Assembly (NCBI GenBank): GCA_013265495.1 | Contig: MU061578.1 | Coordinates: 443,308 to 507,307 of the forward strand | Direction: 5' to 3' | DNA length: 64,000 nucleotides | DNA from: Vicugna vicugna | Taxonomy: Eukaryota | In this document: positions 52,673-64,000 of the stretch, piece after piece | How positions within the stretch are numbered: the stretch's first letter is position 1 | Layout of the letters: every line of letters begins with the position of its first letter | Notes under the pieces: generated by a model | What the model was told of the DNA's origin: nothing | The model's input: the letters and a program-made list of their open reading frames with translations, nothing else | The model's database searches: none | Position numbers and translations under genes: made by a program

Positions 52673-53196
52673 TCTAGGGGAGGAAAAATCTTTTTCACTC
52701 TCCCTTCCTACCTTCAATGGCTAGAGCTCAAGAATCATACTGACAAAAGACAGATTAATAAAAAAAAGTGTTTTGATTATGTACATATGCATGGGAGTCA
52801 GCAGAGAAAAATTATGGTTCAAGGAGGCAGCCAGAGAATTGGGACTTTTATATTATTTTAGAGAAAACAAACAAACAGAAAAAGGTTTTGGGCTTCTGGA
52901 TTAGGGAGGTAAATTATGGGAGGGTGAGGGGAGAATGTGTGGTAAATAAGGCTTGTCTTGTTAAGCAGGTAAGTCTCTCAGGTGATAGGAGTAGCCCTCT
53001 TTTTGGTACAGAGACATTTTTAAAATGGAAATTTCCTTTATAAATGTAAATTTACAAAGGAGAAATCTGCATTTTACTTTTAGGCAGTTAGGCAGATGTA
53101 AAGAACCATTTCCTGTGTCTGCTTCTTCTCAACCGCCTTTAGCTTAAATTATGACAAAGAGGCATAATTTGGGGTGGCATGTTCTGGTACCCTGCA
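52673..53196 (-). mobile_element. MER34-group ERV1 solo LTR
   Basis: Ends 'caaagaggcataatttggggtggcatgttctggtaccctgca' (reverse of a MER34-type start); flanks gaac/gaat. Confidence 0.78.
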
Positions 53197-54961
53197 GAAT
53201 CATCCGTAATTCGGAAGACCCACTGGAATGTCCTAGCAACATAATCCTTTGGTAAAAGTGGGAGACACATATCCACACATCAAGTTAGTAGCTCAGTGCC
53301 ATGAATATTTACCGATGAGTGCTAGACACTCGGGACAGGCTCTGCCCTTAGGAACCCATCCTCCAGTAGGAAGGGGAGACTCAAAATCCTGCAGGAAAGC
53401 ACAGTGTCCAGTGCTCAGTACAGGTCAGCTCAAGGTCCTGCAGGAACATGGAGAAGAGGGATCTAAAATCAGACTGAAAGCAGCAATGGGGACATTTTCC
53501 CGAGGAAGCAGCATGTAAGCTGATGTTAAAGTCTGAGTAAGGAATGGATATGAAAATATGCTATGATCCCCTTTTGAGCTCTGATTGAGTGGGATGTATC
53601 TGTAGGAACAGAATTTATAAACAAGAGGGACTAGCGGGTGGTTAGGTCTTCACTTGCACCCCAATATTCTCCCTGCATCTGCATCATTACAAGGCTTCAC
53701 CTTGGAGTGCTCGGGTTCTTCCCCTGCAGCTTCTAGAAAGAGAGGCACACAGGAATCTGGGTTCCCCAGACTGGGAGATTGGGATGCTTTCACAGAAAGT
53801 CTCCATCAGCCTGTGGTGACAGCGGGAAGCTCATCCTCCAGGCTCAGCAGAAATGCTAGGCAGGACCTAAAGTCGCTCTTTGCTGAGGGGACAATAGGTC
53901 TCAAATGTGCACGTAAGTGCAAAAGCTCATTAAGCACGCATGATGCTCTGCTCGAGGGTACCATGGCCATGAGTCAAATGGCCTAGGGGGTTCCAAATCA
54001 GAAACCAAAAAAAAAAAAAAAAAAGTTTTTCCTTGTGACATAATGACTCCTTGTAAGACAATCACTTCTCCTGCACTGATCTCATCTGCTAAATTTCTGC
54101 CTGTATTCTTCCTTATTCTCCTTTCAGTCAAAAGCTACCATCTTCAAGGACCAATCAATGTGTCCCACTGCTAAAACCTTTCAATCCTCTTTCTGCAAAT
54201 GTTCTTGGATTTCTGGAGGCAAGAGAAAGAGCCTGAAACACGAACATCCAAGATTTTGCTCAGTCTCACCTTTATCCCCCACGCCCGTATGCACCTGTCA
54301 TGGAATGGCTCCACTTTCCATCAGGACCATTTGGTATTTCCTACCTCTGTTCTTTGCTGATTTTTCCTCTTTTTCTCACACTCATTTGTCTTTTAAAATC
54401 CAAGTCACGGAATATTTGAGTAAATCATGGTTTGGCTGACCTGACGGGGGATCTAACACTTTTACTGAAAATCAAATATTTGAAGGCTTGCACAGCAGCA
54501 CGGATATGTGTCTGCTCATTGAAAGAAGCAAAGTTTTGTGTTATAGACACAGGGGAGGACTGCAGCTGTGTTAGAGAGACACTTGGGGGAGAAAAAAGAA
54601 AGAATGCACACGAGTAACCTTATGGTTCTACGGAAATGGAACCACTGTCCTGTTCACTTGTTCTTTCTTTTCCCAAAGTTAATTCATATTATGATATCAA
54701 TTTTGTAATCTGAAAAATAAAAGCCACTTCATATTAAGGCCATGGTCAAACAGCATTTCTTCTGGAGTCTACTTATTATTAGAACAATCCTGTCCCTTTT
54801 GAGCGTCCATGCTAGCTTTTATACCTATTTTATTGATTCATTTGCTGAACAGTTATTTACTTATTTGTGCTTTATTGACTTTATGTTTTAGAGCAGTTTT
54901 AGGTTCACAGGAAAACTGAGGGGAAGGTACAGAGATTTCCCTTATACCCCATCTCCCGGGT

Positions 54962-54977
54962 ACACACACACGCCCGC

Positions 54978-55011
<34 letters not shown>
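54962..55011. repeat. (CA)n microsatellite
   Basis: Seen directly, one interruption. Confidence 0.95.
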
Positions 55012-55013
<2 letters not shown>

Positions 55014-55914
55014 CTTTCCCCATTATCAACATCCCCACCAGAGTGAAACATTTGTTACAACTGACGAACCTGCACTGACACACCATCATCACTCCAAGTT
55101 CATAGTTTACTTTATGGTTCATTCTCGGTGTTGTACATCCTGTGGGTTTTGACAAATGTGTAACGATATGTATCCACCATTACTTTAGCGTCACACAGAG
55201 CATGTTCACCGCCCTAAAAATCCTCTGTGCTCTGCCTGTTCATCCCCCCCGCCACCAAAACCCCTGATCTCTTTACTGTCTCCACTGTTCTGCCTTCTCT
55301 AGAATATCATATAGTTGGAATCATAGAGTATGCAGCCTTTTCATTGGCTTTTTAAAATACAGTAACATGCATTTAAGGTCTCTTCATAGCTTCTCATGGC
55401 TTGTAGTTCATTTCTTTCTAATCCTGAATAATACTCCACTGTCTGGATGGACCACAACTTAGTTATCCATTCACCTACTGAAATCTATTTTGGTTGCTTC
55501 CAAGTTTTGCCAATTAGGAATAAAGCTGCTATAAACGTTCATGTGCAGGTTTCTGTGTGGATTTAAGTTTTTAACTCCTTTGGGTAAATACCAAGGAGCA
55601 TGACTCCCAGAACATATGGTAAGAATATGTTTAGTTTTGTAAGAAACTGTCAAATTGTCTTCCAAAGTGTCTATACCATTTTGAATTCCCATCAGCAATG
55701 AATGGGAGTTCCTGTTGCTCTGCACCCTCAGCAGCATTTGGTGTTGTCAGTATCTGGATTTTGCCCCTTCTAACAGGTGTGTAGTGATACCTCATTGTTG
55801 TTTTACTTTGCATTTCCCTGACGATATATGATGTTGAGCATCTTTTCATATGCTTGTTTGCCATCTGTATATCTTCGTTGGTCAGATGTCTGTTAAGGTC
55901 TTTGCCCCATTTTT

Positions 55915-56715
55915 TTGTATATATATATTTTTATTGAAGAGTCAGTTTACAATGTTGTGTCAGTTTCTGGTGTACAGCATTATGCTTCAGTCATACATGA
56001 GTATACATATATTCACTTTTCATATTCTTTTTCACAAGTTACTAAAAGATATTGATTATAATTCCCTGTGATATACAGTATGAACTTGTTGTTTATCTAT
56101 TTAATGTATATTAGTCAGTATTTGCAAATCTGGAGCTTCCAATTTATCTCTTCCCACCTCCTTCCACCACTGGTAACCTTAAGTTTGTTTTCTATGTCTG
56201 TGAGTTTGTTTTTGTTTTGTACGTAAGTTCATTTGTCTTTTTTTTTCAGATTCCACAAACAAGTGATATCATATGGTATTTTTCTTTCTCTTTCTGGCTT
56301 ACTTCACTTAGAATGACAGTCTCCAGGTCCATCCATGTTGCTGCAAATGGCATTATTTTATTATTTTTCTATGGCTGAGTTGTATTCCATTGTATAAATA
56401 CACCACAACTTCTTTATCCAGTCATCTGTTGATGGACATTTAGGTTGCTTCCATGTCTTGGCTATTGTAAATAGTGCTGCTATGAATACTGGGGTGCATA
56501 TAACTTTTTGAATTAAGGTTCCCTCTGGATACATGCTCAAGAGTGGGATTGCTGGATCATATGGTAAGTCTATTTTTAGTCTTTTGAGGAATCTCCATAC
56601 TGTTTTCCACAATGGCTGCACCAAACTGCATTCCCACCGACGGTGTAGGAGGGTTCCCTTTTCTCCACAGCCTCTCCAGCATTTATCATTTGTGGAATTT
56701 TTAATGATGGCCATT
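55915..56715 (-). mobile_element. Young truncated L1 nested in L1MC1
   Basis: Open ORF2 C-terminus ([41 protein letters not shown]); TSD ctttgccccattttt / cttttccccattttt. Confidence 0.92.
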
Positions 56716-58134
56716 CTTTTCCCCATTTTTAAATTGAGTTGTTTTTGTATTGTTGTGCTTTAAGAGTTCTTTATATATTTTGGATACAGCAATTATTTAT
56801 TAAGGGATTTTAAGTTCTAGTGGATGGAACACAACAGTAAACAAACTAATCTTTTCCCCCAGAGTCCACGCCTTGAATAGTTTACAATCTAGTGGGAGAG
56901 ATAGTCAAATAAATTAAATAAGTAAAATATAAAGGTCGATATTTATTTATAAATACTTATGTGATGATCTCTCTCCCTCTTTTTCCTTAATGTATATTAG
57001 AGCAAGAAGAGATTTCTTAACCTTGTTCCCCAGAGCGCCTAGAACTGTGATTAGTGTACATCAAACTCTCAATCTATTTTCCTGGCATTGCCATGAAGCC
57101 TTGTCAGTTTTATCTTCCTATTTCACCTCCGTATACTACTCAGATTGGAAAAATCTGAGACAGAAATTGCACCAGCAGTCACCAGTTGGGCTACAAGTAC
57201 TGCCAGCAGAAACGGGACCAATCCCCTTCTATCTACCTGTTTAAATCCCAGAAGTCCCAGGCTTTCCAACATGGAAGTAAATTCAGTTGTCCTCTCCCCA
57301 GACACACTTGGGGTGAGAGGGTGAAAGAAAAGCTCCAAGTCTATGTTTCCAGATGTTCTTTATTCCTTTAGACCCTGTTAATCTCTTTGCAAACTCCGTG
57401 GATTTTATAAAACAAAGCTCTTTGGGCTTCTTGTCACGGAGCTGAACATTCATTACCAAAGGGCACAAGGGAGATATTTGCGGTTTTGGAGGCAAAAGGA
57501 AAATGTGTCCACACGGAGGCAGGGCTGGAATGAGTTCTCCTTTGCCTTCCCAAGAATACCCATAAAACTGTATTTGCTATCAGGTTTCCAATCATTAACA
57601 CACGCTTGAATTTTCTCCCTGAGTGTTAAGTGTCCCTCCATCCACAGAGCAGGAACCTACTATTTTCCTGTGTGTGCCCGCATTTATTTGTCATTTGTTT
57701 TATTCTCCTTGTGTTTTGTAATCTGAGGTGCTCTGTCATTCGGACAGTATGAAACTACACAGGTTTTGCCTCCCTTCCTGATGGAGCAGTATTTATTTAC
57801 TGGGGTTATCATGGGAAACTATATGCTCCCTAAGTAAAAAAATACAGCCATTTTGCAAGAACAATATTTAATTGAGGGGAAAAAAGAACAGTTCTATTCT
57901 CCAAGGTAAACTCCTGTGTAAAAATACAGCATCCTGTGTAATCGGGAGCACGGCGATCACTTCTTTATCTCTGAAGCCTGCCTGGTGAGAGTGATTTTTG
58001 TATTGAGAAGGTGAGGATTTCCTTTTAAAAACTGCCTTGAAGAGTGAGCTTTCTGAAAATCATTTACCTACCGAGGAACGTGAGCGTGCATTCGTTTTAG
58101 ACTGTAGATTTAGCGCTTCAGAAAGCCCACCTGG

Positions 58135-58273
58135 TAAGAAAGAAAGGGGATGGAGAAGGAGAAAGAAAAGAGACAGAGAGAAACAAGGAGGAGAAGAAGG
58201 AGAAAATAAAGGAGAAGAAGGCAAGGAAGGAAGAGAGAGAAGCACAGAGGGAAGAAGGGAGAGAGAGAAGGAA
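58135..58273. repeat. GA-rich polypurine low-complexity tract
   Basis: Seen directly. Confidence 0.9.
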
Positions 58274-58984
58274 CCAATGGAGATGCAGGTTCTCTTTCAC
58301 CCGCTAATCATTGTTTCCCCTGCAAAGTGACAGGAAACAAACCATCTACTTTGAGACTTTATGATCCAGAAAATGAAACTTTTCTGTACCGGTGATCCTA
58401 AGCTGAATTAATAACATTAAAAGAAGACTCTAGTTATTCCATAATTGTCATCAAATTCTTAGAAATTTCCACAATGGAAGTTATTACAAATTTGAGTTTA
58501 GTTCTGCTTGCAAACCAATGCAGTAATCACATGCTGCATTTTTTAGAGTCGCGGCATCACTCAAGAGAGGGGCGTCAACGCCTAAAGGGTTGAAGATGGC
58601 TCAGTAGTTCATAACATAGTTCTGAAGAGGGAAAGATAGAGATGGAGGTAGATGGTGATATATTTACAGGTGCAGTTACAGATACAGAGTTATTTAGATT
58701 TACAGAAACACAGTAAAAATCAACACTGCCATTTAAAAAGTAGCTATTGCTATGGACTGTATTTTTGTGTCCTTCTAAAATTCATCTGTTGCCAATATTG
58801 GGGTCGAGATTCAAATGCAGGTCTGTCCATCCCAAAACTTTCCAAGATTATATTTCTAATAATAATAAGATAATTGCATCCTTTTAAATTTTTTTTTAAT
58901 GTAGCCTGGTTAAGTAACCACGTCTAAAGTTAAGAATGCTAAGGTACGTTATATGAAATATCAAGGGCAGTATAGCTTTAAACC

Positions 58985-59152
58985 TATTCAATTGCCAACA
59001 TATTCTTTTCAGGTAGGTAGAGATTCATGTTGCCATCTTACAGACAGGGCAGAAGACTCTGAGAAGTTAAATGGCTTGCCTGAGGTCAAATAGCTGGTAA
59101 GTGGCAGAATATGAGTGTGAACCCACTTATCTCTGGCCCCAAAGCTCACTCC
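58985..59152 (-). mobile_element. MIR SINE inside the MLT1A-splitting insert
   Basis: 'catcttacagacaggg...gagaagttaaatggcttgcctgaggtcaaatagctggtaagtggcaga'. Confidence 0.85.
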
Positions 59153-59431
59153 AGTTTAGTCAAGGTGAACACTGATTCTTAGGTAAACTTATTATAAATA
59201 CTTGGGCAGCTTCTCTCAGGAATGTCCATATCACCAAGAACCAAGAGCCCCAAGTTCAGTTTAGAAATCTTATTAGTCTAGTAAGATTTCAGATCTATCC
59301 AATCCCCAATACTAATAAATAATAAATAATCCCCAATGTGATGGTATTTGGAGATGGGGGCAATCACAAAGGGAGGTAATTAGGTTTAGATAAGGTCCGG
59401 AGAGTGGAGCTCTCAGGATGGGATTCATGGC

Positions 59432-59552
59432 AGGAGAAGGAGAAGAGGAAGAGGAGGAAGAGGAAGAGGAGGAGGAAGAGGTGGAGGAAGAGGAGGAGGA
59501 AGAGAGGAAGAAGAGGAAGAGGAAGAAGAAGAGAAAGAAGAAGAGGAAGAAG
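59432..59552. repeat. (GAG/GAA)n polypurine microsatellite
   Basis: Seen directly; ~120 bp with a single T. Confidence 0.95.
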
Positions 59553-59829
59553 CAGAGAGAGATCAATCACTCTCTGTCCATCATGGGATGGCACAGCGAA
59601 AAGGCAGCTGCCTGCAAGCCAGGAAGAACGCCCTCCCCAGAGCCTGGTCACACTGGCACCCTGATCTTAGACTTCCCTGCCTCCTGTACTCTGAGAAATG
59701 GATTTCTGTTGTTTCAGCCACCCAGTCTATGATATCTTTTTCCAGCAGAATGAGCTGAGACAGATATTAAGTTTAAGACATTCCTGATTCCAAAAAAATT
59801 CACCTGCAAATAAAGATGCATCTTATTTG

Positions 59830-60335
59830 TTAATTCACCCAACATACATTCACTGAGCATGTTCTATTTCAAAAGCCCTGGGTTCAAACATCCCTGGTAT
59901 TTGGGATAGAGTGGTGAACAAAAATACTCCTGGAGATTTCAGTCTGTGGGGAGAGGAACAAAAATGGAAAATTATTTCAGATGTTGATCTGTATAAAGGG
60001 AACAGTAAAACACGGTAATGTGATGGACAGTGTGGACATCTTTGGATTTAGCGACCAGGGAGAGCCTCTCTGAGAAAGTGACATCTGAGCCAAGATCTGA
60101 AGGATGGGCAGGAATCAGTTATACATGACCCAAAGGGAGGGCACTGCAGACAGAGAGAGCAGTAGGGAAAATGCTCTGAGGATGAAGTATGGTGTTGAAC
60201 ATACAAAACAAGACTGCTACAGCCTGGGGAAGTGAACAAAGAGAAAAAAATATAAGATGTAGAAGATGAGGTTGGGGGTGACTAGAGGTTAGTCAGAGCT
60301 GTGCAAGTCTAGGAAAAGAAATGGAATTTTATTTA
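59830..60335 (-). mobile_element. L2 LINE 3' region
   Basis: 'attcacccaacatacattcactgagca...ccagggagagcctctctgagaaagtgacatctgagccaagatctgaagga'. Confidence 0.8.
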
Positions 60336-62782
60336 ATTATCCAGACAAAGGCTCATGGACATTGAGATGGCAGGTGTATGATTAATTTAGGAGGAAAGAA
60401 TCACACAAGAGCAGAAGACAGAAGATCCATGTTCTTTCTCCTCCCTATGTGATTTTAGAGAAAGTCACTTTCCCTCTCAAGTTTTCCCTGTTCACATTGC
60501 CAAGTGGGAGGGTGGGACACAGTTGTGAGGGGCATTCCATCTCAGTGGAGGAGACAATGCTGCCAACAGGTGCTTCACCTTAACATAGGTTCCAGGCACT
60601 TAGGCTTGGCTTTATTTATCCAAATACAGAACCAGCAGAGCCTAACCATACCCACCGGAGAGCGGAAGACTTTGGACTTGCCATGAAACACAAGAAAAGA
60701 ATGCATAAGGTGAAGTCCCACGAGCGTGATCTAAGGTCCACAGCACAGGTGCCACAAGGCAAGGTAAGAGAGCATCCGTGGAATCTGTTAGCTTGCTGCT
60801 TTCCATGGAATATTCCTCCTGTTCCTCTGACAACGTTCATATGAGAGGACAAAGAAAATCACCCCCATTGGATACACCCTTCTCATGCAGCCATGGCTTA
60901 GGCAGCATTTCCTACAGATTCCTTCACAGCCACCCCTCAGACTTACCAGAGTTTGATGTCACTGAGGTTGGAATGAAAAGGAAAGAAAGAGGCATTTGCC
61001 TTCGAAACCCTTGTCACCGCAGTCAAACAGTGTTCTCTTTTCCTGTCCAGTGGGCCAGCAAGGGCTTCAAGAAGGAAAGCAGCTCCTCCTTCTCAGTCAT
61101 TTCTGTAGACAAATTTGAAACCTAAGTCCTGCCAGCACTCTTCTCACTTGTCGCTCACTATAGCCATTTCCAGGAGCCCTGTGGTCAGGCCAGAATCTCT
61201 TCTCAAATACATCATTTCAGATGAAGCTTAGGAAACTAAGAAAACACAGATGCCAGGAATGTGTGAGGATTTAATCTTCTCCGAGAAAATGTTGACAAGA
61301 GAAGTAGAAAAAGATCCAAAGGATGAGGTAACAGACCATCATCCCTGCCTTGGCTATGACACCAAATCGTTCTGTGACATCACATTTAACATATCGGAGG
61401 CCCACATCCTTATCTATAAAATTGTTCTACTATTACTTGTTCTTCTCAACCTTGGGAATGTTTCAAGGGTCAGAAGAGAGAATGTGGATAGAAATATTTT
61501 CTAAATAGTGCAGTACTTTCCAACACTAAGAACATCCACCTTCACAGTTATTCAGATTCTATATCATATATCAAAATGCATGAGAACACGGACCATTTGT
61601 AAGTGAGGTTGTGCTATGAAATGTGAGGTTCTACTATTGATGGCAAAAAGCATATTAATAGCAAGACTTCGAACATTTAATTCTATTACTGAAGAACTCT
61701 TTGGTCAGGCCAAGGGATCATGTGCAGATAATATGAACCTTTCATATGAGCCTTTCACATTCACAGTCATGTTCTACTATTGAGGCAGTTAGCCGTTCAG
61801 GAGCTAAGAGGATGTAAACAGTACTTTCAGACCATCCCTTGACCTTCAGTGGCTCTTGCCTGTATCATTTCCCATGGACCTTAGAGATATACCACCACCT
61901 TTTGTTAAGGGGTCTGTCCTATCTTTTACAAATGCCTTTGGAGCAGGGATCTTGCCCCTTGATTCTATAATTACCTAATGCTTGTGAAGGGGCTGCGGAC
62001 ATAGAAGGAAAGAGGGAAACGTGTTGGGATTAAATCTGGATGATCCACAATTTCTAAATGTTTTCTACACTGTAAACAAAACCATACAGCGCAGTGAAGG
62101 TAGAATGATTGCGGGGAATTAAATGTTCCAATTAGAAATTGCTCTCGTTTTTCCCTCTTCTCACCTTCCCTCTCCAAACATGAAAGATCACAGGGAAAAC
62201 ACGGTGGATATGAAAGAATAAGGTGATGGGGTTGTGTGTTTCCTTTACTAACATCTCAAAGCTCAACTGGCTTCTTCTATAATGTCTTTCTGAAAACTAG
62301 GATGGTGATTTGTTACAAAATCAGATAGCTCCAAACTGACTCAGAATCTGTGTCTTGGGAAGCTGCATTTTCACAAGCATCACAGGGATTCTGAGGCATA
62401 GACACGTCCTAGGAGCACTGCTCTACCCTTTTCCCTTTCTCCTCATAGAGGGCTTCTCATCGGAGGACGGAGGGTGAGGGGAGCTGAAACAGGCTTGAAG
62501 GGCTTCCCTTTATCTCAAATTTTAATTCCTCAGTGGAGAGTATCCCACTGAGTCAGTAGACCACAGTCATCATTGTGGAGTGAAGCTTTCAAAGCTGACC
62601 ATATCACAGGCTTCTTTGTTTCCAGTTTGCATATTTTAGGTCATTAGATGTCAAATCCATTTTGTTAGACTAGGCAGAGTTGCGTAGTGCCTGCATTGGG
62701 ACCTATGTAGTATGTGTCGATTTTCTTAAATGAATGTTTGTAGGTAGAAATGGCCCAGAATGGAACTGGGGACACAATTTAG

Positions 62783-63078
62783 CTGTGTGAGGTCCAATTT
62801 GATAACCACCAGCCCATGTGTACTTGAGATGTGGTTAGATTAAACTGAGCTGTGCTGGGAGTGTGCAAAGCAGGCTGGACTTCAGACAGCGCAAAAAAAA
62901 GTAAATGTGTCATTGATCATTTTTATATTGAAATGATAATATTTTGGATATGTTGGGCTAAATAAAAGATATTATTAAAAATTAACTCTACCTGATTCTT
63001 TTTCCTTCTCTAATCTGAATACTAAAAAATTAAAAATTACATGTGTATTTCACATTGTATTTCCACTGGAGGGCACTG
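62783..63078. mobile_element. MER33 hAT MITE
   Basis: 'tgaaatgataatattttggatatgttgggctaaataaaa...aaaattacatgtg...cacattgtatttccactgga'. Confidence 0.85.
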
Positions 63079-63461
63079 AACTAGCCCCTTCTGTAGCTAC
63101 AGAACATTTAAAACCATACTACTAAGTGATCAGAATAGGATTTATGTTTATATATTCCATACAACCTCAGCTTCTCTTTCACACGCACGTGCACACATAC
63201 GCAGAGTACTCAAAATCAATACCCTTTGAGTTCTTTAAATCTTCCATTTAACCAGCACCACATATTGATGTCAATGACTTCCACGTACCAATCAAGGACA
63301 TCTCAGATGTATGCCTCAGGGAAACGACACATGACTAGCATGACACTTGATGCTTGTGAATTACGGAACAGAGGATACTATTTCCAAAGGAGTTAAAAGA
63401 CTACTCTGAATCCAAGTGCCAATGGTGGTCAGCTCTGGATGGTAAGATATTTGCTTTTAAT

Positions 63462-63495
63462 AACAAAACAAAACAAAACAAAACAAAACAAAAAA
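63462..63495. repeat. (CAAAA)n microsatellite
   Basis: Seen directly. Confidence 0.95.
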
Positions 63496-64000
63496 TTTTA
63501 TTTCTTTATTCAGACTGTGTATCCAAAACTTGGTGTAATACTACAGCCTTCTTAGACTCAGAAGAAGATATGGAAGGTCAGAGAAACTGGGATGCTTACA
63601 TAAACTGAATTCCCCAGCCCAGCTCAAGTCAGAATGAGATGCTCGGTTTTAAGTAAACATGAGAGCTGAAACAGTAGCTGTACTATTGCTCTGAGCCCCA
63701 GGCATTAGTAAGACTCAGAATATTCCTTCCTTCTATGCCCCCTAGTCGTTCTTGTTTTCCTTTGAAGAATAATTAAGATTTAATGGCATATTTTCACAGT
63801 TTTTTGTCTGCCTGCTTTCTGACTGCCTACTGTGCAGAATGCTTGCGTTTGATCCCAGTCATTACAAGAACTGTACAGTAATTGCCTATGTGGTGACTCA
63901 CTAATGGAGGTCCCCAGAGAGCGGAGACGCTGCTCTTTTGAAGTTCATCTTGTTTACTGTTGGCCCTTCTGGTTTAATCTATATCATCAGAGAGCCTTGC

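Larger units (their letters stand above)
54868..56790 (-). mobile_element. L1MC1-like 3' portion, interrupted by a younger L1
   Basis: 'tttagagcagttttaggttcacag...aaggtacagagatttccc'; ORF2 motif [30 protein letters not shown]; resumes at ~56731. Confidence 0.88.
58748..59762 (+). mobile_element. MLT1A-type MaLR solo LTR split by a ~530-bp insert
   Basis: 5' end tgctatggactg...aaaattcatctgttg (58748-58791); body resumes 'taatccccaatgtgatggtatttggag' at ~59327; ends 'gagctgagaca'; flanks gctat/gatat. Confidence 0.82.

Noticed and set aside
56361..56726. 121-aa ORF with clear protein-like sequence
   Set aside because: It is the L1 ORF2 C-terminus of a truncated retrotransposon, not a host gene; the same applies to the ORFs at 9087, 20574, 38266, 55471 and 55631
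59312..59732. Poly-E/K/R/S ORFs
   Set aside because: Translation of a GA microsatellite inside an LTR
1..64000. CRISPR arrays, operons, rRNA/snRNA genes, NUMT, intact ERV or transposase ORFs
   Set aside because: None seen by eye; the sequence is mammalian repeat-rich non-coding DNA, though small diverged elements or micro-exons could have been missed

Overview
Mammalian non-coding genomic DNA, most likely camelid (camel/alpaca/llama): it carries two tRNA-Ala-derived SINEs matching the camelid vic-1 family, and I saw no Bov-A/BovB or PRE-1 SINEs. I cannot support any protein-coding gene. The listed ORFs are L1 ORF2 remnants, low-complexity tracts or short chance ORFs, so the window looks intergenic or deep-intronic. 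It is a layered fossil record of MIR/L2, old L1M, hAT/Tigger MITEs, ERVL/MaLR/ERV1 solo LTRs and younger truncated L1s with readable target-site duplications (TSDs). Best observations: a triple nuclear-receptor half-site array (DR5+DR4, 15523-15549), a fused ETS-IRF/AP1-IRF element (20198-20216), an orphan polyadenylated retro-insert inside MER113, a ~530-bp MIR-containing segment splitting an MLT1A LTR, a three-level LTR nest, and a twin-primed inverted L1. I found no evidence for a genuinely new biological system. Repeat family names come from recalled consensus sequences, and boundaries of old repeats are approximate.
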